The notes beneath the pieces are model-generated. The model had not been told where the DNA came from, did not search any database, and worked only from the letters and a program-made list of their open reading frames with translations. This document shows, piece after piece, positions 32,090 to 40,971 of a stretch of DNA of 64,000 bases. The first letter of the stretch is position 1. The number at the start of each line of letters is the position of its first letter. Origin of the DNA: Candidatus Melainabacteria bacterium (GTDB lineage: Bacteria; Cyanobacteriota; Vampirovibrionia; Caenarcaniphilales; Caenarcanaceae); the NCBI GenBank assembly GCA_005110395.1, contig DUDU01000059.1:5877-69876 (forward strand), written 5' to 3'. Position numbers and translations under genes: made by a program.

Positions 32090-32977
32090 CTAGGCTGCAA
32101 CTGAAACTTTTAGTACTTTTTTGACTAAATCAATCATCTCAGATGGAAGCTTAGCAACTGGAACGCCAGCCTTTGCAAAAGCTTTTTCTTTAGACTCAGC
32201 AGTTCCTTTGTCGCCAGAAACAATAGCTCCAGCATGACCCATTCTTTTGCCTTCAGGAGCAGTTCTTCCAGCAATATATGCGATTACTGGTTTTTTAATA
32301 GCGCCAGATTCAATCAATTCAGCGGCGCTTTCTTCAGCAATTCCGCCAATTTCACCCATTAAACAAATAATGTCTGTGGCTGGATCTTTTTCAAATAATT
32401 GCAATACTTCAACAAATCCCAAGCCTGGAACTGGATCTCCACCGATTCCGACGCAAGTAGATTGTCCTAAACCAGCATTTGTAAGTCCAAGTGCGACTTC
32501 ATAAGTTAAAGTTCCTGAGCGGCTAACCATTCCAATACGGCCTGCTTTGTAAACTGAACCTGGGTGAATTCCAACTAAAGATTCGCCAGGAGTAATAACA
32601 CCGGGACAATTTGGTCCAACAACTAAAACGCCTGCTTGACGAGCTTTTTCTTGGATTTTCACTTCATCATTTGGTGGAATTCCTTCAGTAATAATAATTA
32701 GCAAACGTATATTGGATTCTATTGCTTCAAAAGCGGCATCTTTCGCAAGCAAAGCGGGCACAAAAATTACAGAAACGTCAGCTCCAGTCTTATCAACAGC
32801 TTCAGCTACAGTATTAAAAACTGGTACGCTATGAATATCAGTCCCAGCTTTTCCAGGGGTTACTCCAGCAACAACTTTTGTTCCATAGTCGAGCATAAGC
32901 TTTGTGTGGGTTGCACCCATTCCACCAGTTATACCTTGAACTACAACCTTGGAATTTTTATCTAAAAGAATTGACAT
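32090..32977 (-). CDS. sucD: Succinate--CoA ligase [ADP-forming] alpha subunit
   Basis: KVVVQGITGGMGATHT...MGHAGAI phospho-His region. No sucC adjacent. Confidence 0.9.
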   Translation of the reverse strand: MSILLDKNSKVVVQGITGGMGATHTKLMLDYGTKVVAGVTPGKAGTDIHSVPVFNTVAEAVDKTGADVSVIFVPALLAKDAAFEAIESNIRLLIIITEGIPPNDEVKIQEKARQAGVLVVGPNCPGVITPGESLVGIHPGSVYKAGRIGMVSRSGTLTYEVALGLTNAGLGQSTCVGIGGDPVPGLGFVEVLQLFEKDPATDIICLMGEIGGIAEESAAELIESGAIKKPVIAYIAGRTAPEGKRMGHAGAIVSGDKGTAESKEKAFAKAGVPVAKLPSEMIDLVKKVLKVSVAA

Positions 32978-33216
32978 TTGCTTTGCTAATTTATTTGGGA
33001 TTTACAGAAAATTATGAGTAATCAAGTATGCCATGAGCGAACGGCTATCACAAGTATGCACCTGAGGCAATGGTCTATCACAATTTAGACAGGAGCTCAA
33101 ATCTATTCGTAAATGCTAATGAATAGATTTCTAAAATTCATAATCAGAGTAAAAATAAGCAAATTTTCTTCTTGTTAACTTAATCAATCAAAAAATTTTA
33201 GGCTAATATATTTAAA

Positions 33217-33300
33217 CCGTTGAATGCGATGTGAATCAGCGAACCTGGTCAGGGGGGAAACTCAGCAGCCATAAGTTTGTGAAGCAGGTGCTTTCAACGG
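33217..33300 (+). ncRNA. ffs: Signal recognition particle RNA (small 4.5S type)
   Basis: CCUGGUCAGG-GGG-GAAA-CUC-AGCAGCCAUAAG matches the conserved helix-8 (domain IV) motif; closing stem ccgttgaa/ttcaacgg (8 bp). Confidence 0.65.
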
Positions 33301-33333
33301 CTCCATGATTAATTCATGTTTCAGTAAGATTAA

Positions 33334-33633
33334 TTGGAAATTCAGCTTCAAAGATACAAAAAGATTTTAAGAATTAAAGAAATGTCACAAGATTCAAATG
33401 CAAAAGATTCACCAAGCTTAATTGGTCAAATTTTAGTTGCTCTCGGAAAAATCAACAAACAACAATTAATGGAAGCTCTGGAATTGCATTCCAAACCTGG
33501 ACAAGACTCTGCTGGCGAGAAAAAACCCCTAGGACAAGTTCTCCTTGAATTAGGTTTTGTTGAACCAAATGATATTATTGAAGCTATTCGCATTCAGGTT
33601 CAAATGCGCTCAGAAAAACCTTCAGCTAATTAA
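33334..33633 (+). CDS. Stand-alone T2SS-E N-terminal (MshEN-like) domain protein, 99 aa
   Basis: Two ~24-aa repeats LIGQILVALGKINKQQLMEALELH and LGQVLLELGFVEPNDIIEAIRIQ fit the xLGxxLLxxGxIxxxxLxxALxxQ pattern, but the leading Arg is absent and the spacer is 13 aa. Confidence 0.55.
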   Translation: MEIQLQRYKKILRIKEMSQDSNAKDSPSLIGQILVALGKINKQQLMEALELHSKPGQDSAGEKKPLGQVLLELGFVEPNDIIEAIRIQVQMRSEKPSAN

Positions 33634-34035
33634 AATAAATTTTATTTCTCAATTCTTAAGAGATTCAATCTTAATAGCTTACGTAACTTCATCTTTAATT
33701 TAATTGCAGCATTTGAGACTCATAAGGTCTCTTTATTTGGTGATTACTTTTAGAGGAGGCTTCAAAAAATCCTAAACTTCCTCATAAGTGATTTGAAATC
33801 CTCCATCTTAGATCCTTTCGTGGGTTGGAAGGGTGAAAAATATGAATTTATTGAGGTTCCCTAGAGCTATTTTTATTGAGATTTTAGAAAATTTATGACC
33901 CAAAATTTTGACTGCGAATTCAGAGTAAAATCTCGGCTTTAATCTAAATACTGAAGATATAATAAAAATTCCTTATATTTCTTTTATTTATTAAATCTCT
34001 TTAAATTATCTGAATTTCATTTTTAGCAGAGTCAA

Positions 34036-35433
34036 ATGCATAATTCAATGCCAAGTAACACGCCCAGTCAAATAACTACCAATATTCAGAACCAAGATAT
34101 TTTTTCGCTTCAATCGAATAATGAAGGTTCATCTAGGTTTATTGATCGAGCGAAAAAAATATTTTCCCCAGCTGCATCACCTAACACCCAAATCATCATT
34201 GAAAGAGGGGAAGGTTCTCATTTATTTGATGTGAATGGAAAACGCTATATAGATTTTGCTTCAGGAATTGCAATTTCTCCAATTGGTCATTGTCACCCTC
34301 GAGTTGTTGAAGCAATTAAAGAGCAAGCAGATACTTTAATTAGTTCGGTTAATTTCCTCTGGCAAAAAAAGAAAATTGAATTAGCCGAGAAACTAATTTC
34401 TATATTTCCAAAATCGCTTGACTCAGTTTTTCTAACAAATTCTGGAACTGAGGCAATTGAAGGCGCTATGAAATTAGCTCGTAAAGCCAAACCAGGAAGG
34501 CCAAACTTTATAGCTTTTAATGGAGGGTTTCACGGACGTTCTTTTGGTGCTCTCTCAGTAACTGCTTCCAAAGCAAGCTATAGAGCTGATTTTTTTCCTT
34601 TATTATCTCAAGCTTTTTTTGTAGATTATCCATACAAAGTCTCTGTGGATGAAGTTTTCGAACAATTGGATAAGCTCTTTGAAACTAGTTGTCCTGCTTC
34701 ATCGGTCTCTGCAATTATTGTTGAATGTATTTTGGGTGAAGGTGGTTATGTAATTCCTCCTCAAGATTTCTTGCCAAGACTCAGAGCTCTTTGTGACAAG
34801 CATGAAATATTACTCATACTAGATGAAGTTCAGTCTGGCTTTGGCCGAACTGGCAAATGGTTTGCTTGTGAACATACTGAAACTAGACCGGATATATTGG
34901 CTTTTGCAAAGGGAATTGCATCGGGAATGCCGCTAGGTGGATTTGCTGCTTCTCAAGAATTGATGAGTAAATTAGGTGCTGGATCTCATGGTACTACTTT
35001 TGGAGGCAATCCGATTTCATGCGCTGCTTCCATAGCCACCATCAAAGTTATAGAACAAGAAGCATTGATGGAAAGAGCGACTTTGCTTGGTTCCAAAATC
35101 CAACAACGACTTAAGAGTAAATTTGGTGGATTTTTTGAAATACGTGGACAAGGTTTAATGATTGGAATAGAACCTAAACTCAAGGCTTTGAATGTAAAAA
35201 CTATTTTGGAAAGAGCACAAAGTAAAGGATTAATTGCTTTGTCATGCGGCCCAAATGGTAGTTCGATTCGACTAATGCCACCTCTCAATATTGCAGATGA
35301 GACTCTGAATGAAGGTTTAAACATATTAGAACAAATATTTGATTATGAAGTTTTAGTAGCTGGTGAGTGCCGCAAATATAGCCCTGATCAAAGCGTAGAG
35401 ATAAATGGAGTAAAACAACTTAAGTACAATTAA
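34036..35433 (+). CDS. argD: Class-III PLP-dependent aminotransferase (acetylornithine/ornithine aminotransferase family)
   Basis: GSHLFDVNGKRYIDF...TNSGTEA...LILDEVQSGFGRTGKWFA...AKG PLP-lysine region; N- and C-terminal extensions. Confidence 0.8.
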   Translation: MHNSMPSNTPSQITTNIQNQDIFSLQSNNEGSSRFIDRAKKIFSPAASPNTQIIIERGEGSHLFDVNGKRYIDFASGIAISPIGHCHPRVVEAIKEQADTLISSVNFLWQKKKIELAEKLISIFPKSLDSVFLTNSGTEAIEGAMKLARKAKPGRPNFIAFNGGFHGRSFGALSVTASKASYRADFFPLLSQAFFVDYPYKVSVDEVFEQLDKLFETSCPASSVSAIIVECILGEGGYVIPPQDFLPRLRALCDKHEILLILDEVQSGFGRTGKWFACEHTETRPDILAFAKGIASGMPLGGFAASQELMSKLGAGSHGTTFGGNPISCAASIATIKVIEQEALMERATLLGSKIQQRLKSKFGGFFEIRGQGLMIGIEPKLKALNVKTILERAQSKGLIALSCGPNGSSIRLMPPLNIADETLNEGLNILEQIFDYEVLVAGECRKYSPDQSVEINGVKQLKYN

Positions 35434-35434
35434 A

Positions 35435-35491
35435 CTTGCATAAAGCAATTTATTATTACTTGCTGCAAAAAAGTAAATTACTTTATGCAAG
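35435..35491 (+). terminator. Perfect 11-bp inverted repeat (cttgcataaag...ctttatgcaag) just after the argD stop; possible terminator or protein-binding palindrome
   Basis: Arms 35435..35445 and 35481..35491 are exact reverse complements; no T-run follows. Confidence 0.3.
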
Positions 35492-35532
35492 CTGTCTTTA
35501 ATGACATTCAGCCATTTAAAGAAAGGTGAAAT

Positions 35533-36366
35533 GTGAAAACCAAATATTCATTTATTTTCAATTTGTTTCTTTTCAGTGCATTGAGTTTGTCTTTTGCTTC
35601 TGCTATTCCAGTTCTCTCTAAGCAAGATCCGCTCATTGATCAAATTGTGCGAAGTATGTCTCAAAACAATACTGGGTGCCAGCCAAATTATTATTTTTCT
35701 GTTGACGAAATTCAGTCGAAAGATGGCAAATACGCTTATTATGAAGTTTTACAGCGCATGCTCAATCCGCAACAGGCTGCTAGCAAAGATTGGTTTTCTA
35801 GCCAAAAAGATTTAAATTTGATGCCAGTAAATGCTTGCATTGTGAGAGGGAATAAAGACTTTTCACGAAAGAAAAATGCTGAATTTCTACATTCATTAGC
35901 TGTTTCCAAAATTGTGAATCTTGATTATGTTTCAGACAGCCTCAATCGTGGAAAAACCTCTTTTCAATATACTTTTTTGCCTATCAATCCAAATGCTTAT
36001 CCAAAAGATGACAATATCAGGTCAATAAAACTAGCGCTAGAACAAATGCAATCAGCAACTCCTGAATCAAGACTTTATATAAGCGATTTGACAGGGAAAT
36101 ATCAAGTAGGCTTAGTAGTAGCACTTTATCAATTTTTGGGAGATTATTCTCTGGATGCAGTTGATACTTGTGATTCAATTGGTAAAGATCGAGACAAGCC
36201 TTATCAGCAAATGAATGCAATCGGAAATAAAGGTTTATTAAATTACGATTTTCCAGATAATTTCAGGAAATTTTATTTAGACTTTGCACATTCAGTTTGT
36301 AATCACGAAACTGATAAGCTTTTGGCAATTCCTATGGGCACAAAATGCAAACCTAAATTGAAATAA
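35533..36366 (+). CDS. Secreted hypothetical protein (277 aa)
   Basis: Signal peptide LFSALSLSFASA; several Cys. Confidence 0.5.
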   Translation: MKTKYSFIFNLFLFSALSLSFASAIPVLSKQDPLIDQIVRSMSQNNTGCQPNYYFSVDEIQSKDGKYAYYEVLQRMLNPQQAASKDWFSSQKDLNLMPVNACIVRGNKDFSRKKNAEFLHSLAVSKIVNLDYVSDSLNRGKTSFQYTFLPINPNAYPKDDNIRSIKLALEQMQSATPESRLYISDLTGKYQVGLVVALYQFLGDYSLDAVDTCDSIGKDRDKPYQQMNAIGNKGLLNYDFPDNFRKFYLDFAHSVCNHETDKLLAIPMGTKCKPKLK

Positions 36367-36404
36367 GTATGCAGATGAAACTTGTAGTTAATACATTCAA
36401 CCGC

Positions 36405-36872
36405 TCATAAATCAATATCTATTACATTCTTCCTAAGTTGTTCCATGAATTCAATCAAGTCTTGCTTTTGTCCATCATCAATATCCTTTAGTAATTGAGC
36501 AATATTTTCTTCGTAAAGTGGTTCAAGCCGTGTCACGAACTGGGTTCCAGTGAGAGTTATTTGAATTGTATTTAAACGTCGATCCTGGAGATTGGTTGCC
36601 CTATCAACATAACCAAGCTTTTGAAGATTATCTATCATTCCAACTAAGTTGGGTTTTGCAACAATAAGCATTTTTCCAAGTTCGGTTTGACTCAGGCCTG
36701 CTTGGTTACTCTTTAAGGCAAGCAAAATATTAAATTGACTGTCATTAATTTCATGTTGTGCAAAAAAACGATGGGCTAACTTCATCAGCATGGAAGAAGT
36801 TCTCACAATGCTAATTATTGTTTGTCTATTTATTGGACTCTCTGTATGTGATTTATTCAAAGTTCTTGTCAT
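36405..36872 (-). CDS. MarR-family transcriptional regulator
   Basis: wHTH LSQTELGKMLIVAKPNLVGMIDNLQKLGYVDR...DRR. Start placed at the internal MTRTL; the longer ORF adds an implausible hydrophobic leader. Confidence 0.75.
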   Translation of the reverse strand: MTRTLNKSHTESPINRQTIISIVRTSSMLMKLAHRFFAQHEINDSQFNILLALKSNQAGLSQTELGKMLIVAKPNLVGMIDNLQKLGYVDRATNLQDRRLNTIQITLTGTQFVTRLEPLYEENIAQLLKDIDDGQKQDLIEFMEQLRKNVIDIDL

Positions 36873-36989
36873 GCTTTTGTGATTCAGTAGATTAATTATA
36901 ACTAATATCTTGATAATTATAACAATTATGAGCATAATAGTTATAAGAATAACCAATTGGGTTATTTTGTCCAGATGAAAGGAAATACA

Positions 36990-37349
36990 ATGAAAATAAA
37001 CAAAATTGCTCTTCTACTTTTGCTTGTGTGTTTCTTGCCTCAAAAATCATTTGCAGGTGGATCAACTGATGATAGTGGTGAAGCAAGTGGCGCAATAGGT
37101 ACTGCTGGTTTGTCGGCAATTTCTGCGCCTGTTTTGGCTTCGGAAGGACTTGTTGCTTTAGTTGGTGCAACAGGTCTAGGTGCCATTGAATTATCGGGTG
37201 GAGCAGTAGAATTGTCTGGTGCGGTAATTGATTCGCTTTTTTCTGAACCTTTTTCGGGAAATGGCTTGACGGTGGATACTGGTAGAGGAAAAAAATCAAT
37301 TCCTTTTGTAGTTCGTAAGGATTATGTTCTACTAAATGAAAGGATTTAA
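36990..37349 (+). CDS. Small secreted Gly/Ala/Ser-rich protein (~120 aa)
   Basis: Signal peptide MKINKIALLLLLVCFLPQKSFA; GxxxG-rich low complexity; overlaps the next gene by 14 nt. Confidence 0.45.
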   Translation: MKINKIALLLLLVCFLPQKSFAGGSTDDSGEASGAIGTAGLSAISAPVLASEGLVALVGATGLGAIELSGGAVELSGAVIDSLFSEPFSGNGLTVDTGRGKKSIPFVVRKDYVLLNERI

Positions 37350-38163
37350 TATGAAAAAATTATCGAAGAATTTAATTATATGTTTACTGCTTTTACTCGG
37401 CTTGAATTTTTCTGGCAGTGTAATGGCAGATACTAATCAACAGTTGCCAGATGAAACTGCTGAACAAGTAAGTCAACTGGATACTCAAAAACTGGACAAT
37501 TCCAAGAAACTTACCAGTTGGGTTCAGGATACTTTGGGTAAAGATAAAACTCTCATTGCAGTAATTACTCGAAAGGGCGGACCTGATGTTTTGAAGCATG
37601 ATCGAACTGGAATGGCTCATTCAGGAATTGCGGTTTATGATCCACGCATACAAACTTGGATTGTATACAACTTGGTAAATAGTGTTAAAGGAGCCAGCCC
37701 AAAATCGGTTTTGTATAGAACTGCATTAATTGACTTTTTCTATGGACAAACTGGCTATGAAACTGAGGCTCTTTTGTTGATTCCAGATAAACCAACTCAA
37801 GACAGAATGTATAAAGCTTTTCTTGAAGGTAAGCATAGAGAGCTGTTTTTTACGGATAACTATAATTTGCTTTCTCCTTACAATAATGCGACCAGCCTAA
37901 ATTGCAATAAGTGGATTTTGATGAATATAGTGGCTGCCAGAATTGATAATTACAACCCTGATGCTATTCTTGATGCTATTGAAGATGGTTTTGAGCCAGG
38001 TTATATCAATCTTTCAGCAATAGAGTTTATGTTTGCCAAAAAGAAAAACAATGTTAGAGGTTATGAATTGAGATCTAAAAATATTCCAACGGTAACTGTA
38101 GAAAGCTTTTATGATTCAGACTTGTTTCACCAAAAGCTCTTCTATTCTGGTAAGTCTCATTAG
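37336..38163 (+). CDS. Secreted hypothetical protein (~270 aa), possibly DUF2145-like
   Basis: Signal peptide; VITRKGGPDVLKHDRTGMAHSGIAVYD. The DUF2145 assignment is from memory only. Confidence 0.5.
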   Translation: MKGFNMKKLSKNLIICLLLLLGLNFSGSVMADTNQQLPDETAEQVSQLDTQKLDNSKKLTSWVQDTLGKDKTLIAVITRKGGPDVLKHDRTGMAHSGIAVYDPRIQTWIVYNLVNSVKGASPKSVLYRTALIDFFYGQTGYETEALLLIPDKPTQDRMYKAFLEGKHRELFFTDNYNLLSPYNNATSLNCNKWILMNIVAARIDNYNPDAILDAIEDGFEPGYINLSAIEFMFAKKKNNVRGYELRSKNIPTVTVESFYDSDLFHQKLFYSGKSH

Positions 38164-38271
38164 AACATTGAAGGAGACAATTGTGAAAAATTATATTACA
38201 AAGCACTTAATGGTGTATCCTTACAAAAAATTTTTAATTCAAATTGTTTGCATTCTCGTAAAAGCCATTAA

Positions 38272-39933
38272 TTGATTATGAGCCAAGTTAGAGTTTCACA
38301 AGCTTCATATAATTCAGACATAAATAACAAGAATATTATTCAATCAGATACTCCAGAAGTTGGCTTGAAAAGGGTATTGTCTGCCTTTGATTTAATAATG
38401 ATGGGCGTTGGATGTATTATAGGTGTTGGCATTTATATTCTCAGTGGTGTCGCTGCCGCCAATTATGCTGGACCTGCGGTTGTACTTTCTTTTATTTTAG
38501 CTGGAACTTTATGCGGTTTTGTAGCTTTAGCTTATGGCGAGCTCGCTTCGATGTTTCCGCTTGCAGGTAGCGCTTACAGCTATTCGTATTACGCTTTTGG
38601 CAAAAGAGTGGCTTGGTTTCTTGGCTGGACTTTGCTCTTGGAATACACGGTAGCTGCTAGTGCGGTGTCTTCAGGTTGGTCAGCTTATTTCCAAAGACTA
38701 TTAGCAAAATTACATATTATCTGGCCCGCATCGTTGGGAGCTACCCCAGGGAGTTTGCCTGATGGACAATGGAGTATTAATTTACCTGCTGTCATTATTC
38801 TCACTATTATCACGACTATTAGTGTAAGAGGTATTCAAGAATCAGCCAAATTTAACAATGTTATGGCAATAGTCAAAATTCTTGTACTTCTTCTCTTTAT
38901 CGGCTTCGGGGCTTGCTATATAAACCCTGCCAATTGGCATCCATTTATACCTGAAAGAATTGCAACTGTGGTAGCTCACAGTGGTTCCAGTAATGGTTTC
39001 TGGGAATTACCTCTCTTCGATATATTTGGGTCTTTCTTTCGACCTGGTGGACTCAATGCTTTAATCAATAACCAATCGCAATTTTGGCATTTTGGTTTTC
39101 AAGGTATTTTGACTGGATCAGCCATTGTATTCTTTACTTATGTGGGTTTTGATATGGTCTCAGCAACCTCTGAAGAAACCAAAAACCCAATTCGTGATAT
39201 TCCAATCGGCATTATTGGAAGTCTTTTGATTTCAACGGTGCTTTATATTGCAGTTAGCTTAGTTCTGACGGGTATTATGTCACCAGTGATCAACGGCTTG
39301 CCCAATGAAAAACTGATTGGTTCACAAGCCGCTGCCCCGCTAGATGTTGCCCTGTCGTCTTTGGCTGAGAGACTTCCCGGATTGCATGGGATGATTAATT
39401 TTGTTTCTGGTAGTCTTTCAATTGGTGCTTTAGCTGGGATTACAACTACTTTACTTGCTTTAGCATTGGGACTTTCCAGAATTTTATTGGCAATATCGCG
39501 CGACGGTTTTTTACCTCCATTTTTCGCCAAAATTCACGATAAATTTCAAACTCCTTATATTGCAACCCTTTTTTCTAATGCTCTTATTGCGCTTATTGCA
39601 GCCAGCCTTCCAATTGGTAAATTAGCGGAATTATGTAATCTGGGCACTTTGGCCGCATTTGTTTTTGTTTGTTTATCAGTAATTATTTTGCGAAAAAAGC
39701 ATCCTGAATTCAAAAGAGCTTTTATATGCCCAGCAGTTCCATGGGTACCACTAATAGGAATATTCTTTTGCTTAGTACTTATGCTCAGTCTTCCACTTAT
39801 TACCTGGATTTGGTTTGGAGCTTGGCTTTTAATCGGAGTTGCAATTTATTGGGGATATGGAAGAAAAAGAGCGGCCGATTTTCCAAATGCAGAAACTCTC
39901 AAAAAAGCGGTTGAAGGCTACAGTGGATTTTGA
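38272..39933 (+). CDS. APC-superfamily amino acid permease
   Basis: 12-TM topology; GVGCIIGVGIYILSG start and GTLAAF motif. Confidence 0.85.
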   Translation: MIMSQVRVSQASYNSDINNKNIIQSDTPEVGLKRVLSAFDLIMMGVGCIIGVGIYILSGVAAANYAGPAVVLSFILAGTLCGFVALAYGELASMFPLAGSAYSYSYYAFGKRVAWFLGWTLLLEYTVAASAVSSGWSAYFQRLLAKLHIIWPASLGATPGSLPDGQWSINLPAVIILTIITTISVRGIQESAKFNNVMAIVKILVLLLFIGFGACYINPANWHPFIPERIATVVAHSGSSNGFWELPLFDIFGSFFRPGGLNALINNQSQFWHFGFQGILTGSAIVFFTYVGFDMVSATSEETKNPIRDIPIGIIGSLLISTVLYIAVSLVLTGIMSPVINGLPNEKLIGSQAAAPLDVALSSLAERLPGLHGMINFVSGSLSIGALAGITTTLLALALGLSRILLAISRDGFLPPFFAKIHDKFQTPYIATLFSNALIALIAASLPIGKLAELCNLGTLAAFVFVCLSVIILRKKHPEFKRAFICPAVPWVPLIGIFFCLVLMLSLPLITWIWFGAWLLIGVAIYWGYGRKRAADFPNAETLKKAVEGYSGF

Positions 39934-40084
39934 AATACATGATAAAAGCCAGAAATTGAAGTTATTACGAATCTAAGGACTCAGCTAATGGTCAACATAA
40001 GGGAATGTACAACAAATTAAAAGAAGGATACTTTCAAAAAGTAATTAATCGGAAACACAGAAAACACCAATAAACCATTCAAAA

Positions 40085-40200
40085 TATAAAGTTTAAAAGC
40101 CGCTCTCCTAAAGCGAGAGGGAGTAAGAATTCGCATTTCCCTTTTCTCTGTTAAGAGAGATGTGCCCGAAGGGCGGAGAGAGTTAATCCCAGGATGCTGG
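40085..40200. other. GC-rich multi-hairpin element in an AT-rich intergenic region
   Basis: Local hairpins ctctc-ctaaagc-gagag, ctct-gttaag-agag and gccc-gaa-gggc. Lies between the permease stop and the pseudo 3' end. Confidence 0.4.
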
Positions 40201-40252
40201 AAATATTTTTTGCGTAAGGTACTCATCAAAAGATATTTTCAGTAAGCTCTCT

Positions 40253-40312
40253 ACTATATCCACTGTTAGCATACTCACATTGATAATGCTCAGAAGTAAA
40301 TCTAAAATGTAT
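40253..40312. repeat. Direct repeat copy A: 60 nt, 56/60 identical to the 3' coding end of the Type ISP gene; encodes a pseudo C-terminus ...RYILDLLLSIINVSMLTVDIVESLLKISFDE
   Basis: Aligned by eye with 41006..41065. Protein-level similarity continues past the repeat (DIVNNLPKVKFDD vs DIVESLLKISFDE). A stop sits 5 codons upstream. Confidence 0.7.
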
Positions 40313-40433
40313 CTTGACCAGCCTGATCCTTAGCCCAAATACAAAGGTTTTTCAATTCAGTAATAAAATAAAAGACAACTATTTTATTAATAATTCTGTT
40401 ATTCAGTTTAAATTATTTTCAATTTTACTAATT

Positions 40434-40619
40434 TTATTTACTATTGCTTATTTTACGCACAATATCTTGTAATTCTTTGATTGATTCATTAACTCGTTTT
40501 ATATCGCTAATTACTGATGGAATTCTATCTAATTCTTCTTCAACTCCTTTAGCAATTGAACTCAGATTATTTACTTGAGCTTCTAATTCTCCAACAAGTT
40601 CAGGTTCTACTTTCAACAT
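40434..40619 (-). CDS. Small coiled-coil protein (61 aa)
   Basis: Heptad-rich ELVGELEAQVNNLSSIAKGVEEELD...; second gene of the cassette between the repeats. Confidence 0.4.
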   Translation of the reverse strand: MLKVEPELVGELEAQVNNLSSIAKGVEEELDRIPSVISDIKRVNESIKELQDIVRKISNSK

Positions 40620-40651
40620 TATTTATTTTCACAAATTACTAGGATAGTTTT

Positions 40652-40966
40652 TTAGTTATTCCCAGTTTTATTGGAATTTTCAAGATAATTTTCAAGATAT
40701 TGCTTTAATTCTTCAAGTAATTTTCTTGATTTCTCTACTTCATCTTCCAAATCTCGAACTTTTAAACTCTTCTTCTTTAAGTTATCAATCTCCTCTCGCA
40801 GTCCCTTAATAGAAAGATTGAATTTAGCTATTTCTTTTCTAGTATTATTTTCGAATTGTTTCTTAGTAACAAAATAAACTGATACTGCTCCTATTAATCC
40901 TGTTACTGAAGAAGTAATTAAGGTTGTAATAGCTGGTGTTAATATTTTGTCAATTTCAATAACCAT
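40652..40966 (-). CDS. Small membrane-anchored coiled-coil protein (104 aa)
   Basis: N-terminal TM LITSSVTGLIGAVSVYFV, then coiled coil LSIKGLREEIDNLKKKSLKVRDLEDEVEKSRKLLEELKQYLE. Confidence 0.5.
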   Translation of the reverse strand: MVIEIDKILTPAITTLITSSVTGLIGAVSVYFVTKKQFENNTRKEIAKFNLSIKGLREEIDNLKKKSLKVRDLEDEVEKSRKLLEELKQYLENYLENSNKTGNN

Positions 40967-40971
40967 TTTGC

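Noticed and set aside
36892-37299. 135-aa minus-strand ORF rich in Q/H/L
   Set aside because: It is antisense to the Gly/Ala-rich secreted gene and overlaps the implausible N-terminal extension of marR; a low-complexity artefact.
40017-40229. 70-aa minus-strand ORF
   Set aside because: It spans the GC-rich hairpin element, has no Shine-Dalgarno and an R/S/L-rich composition. The open frame is more likely a by-product of a structured or remnant sequence.
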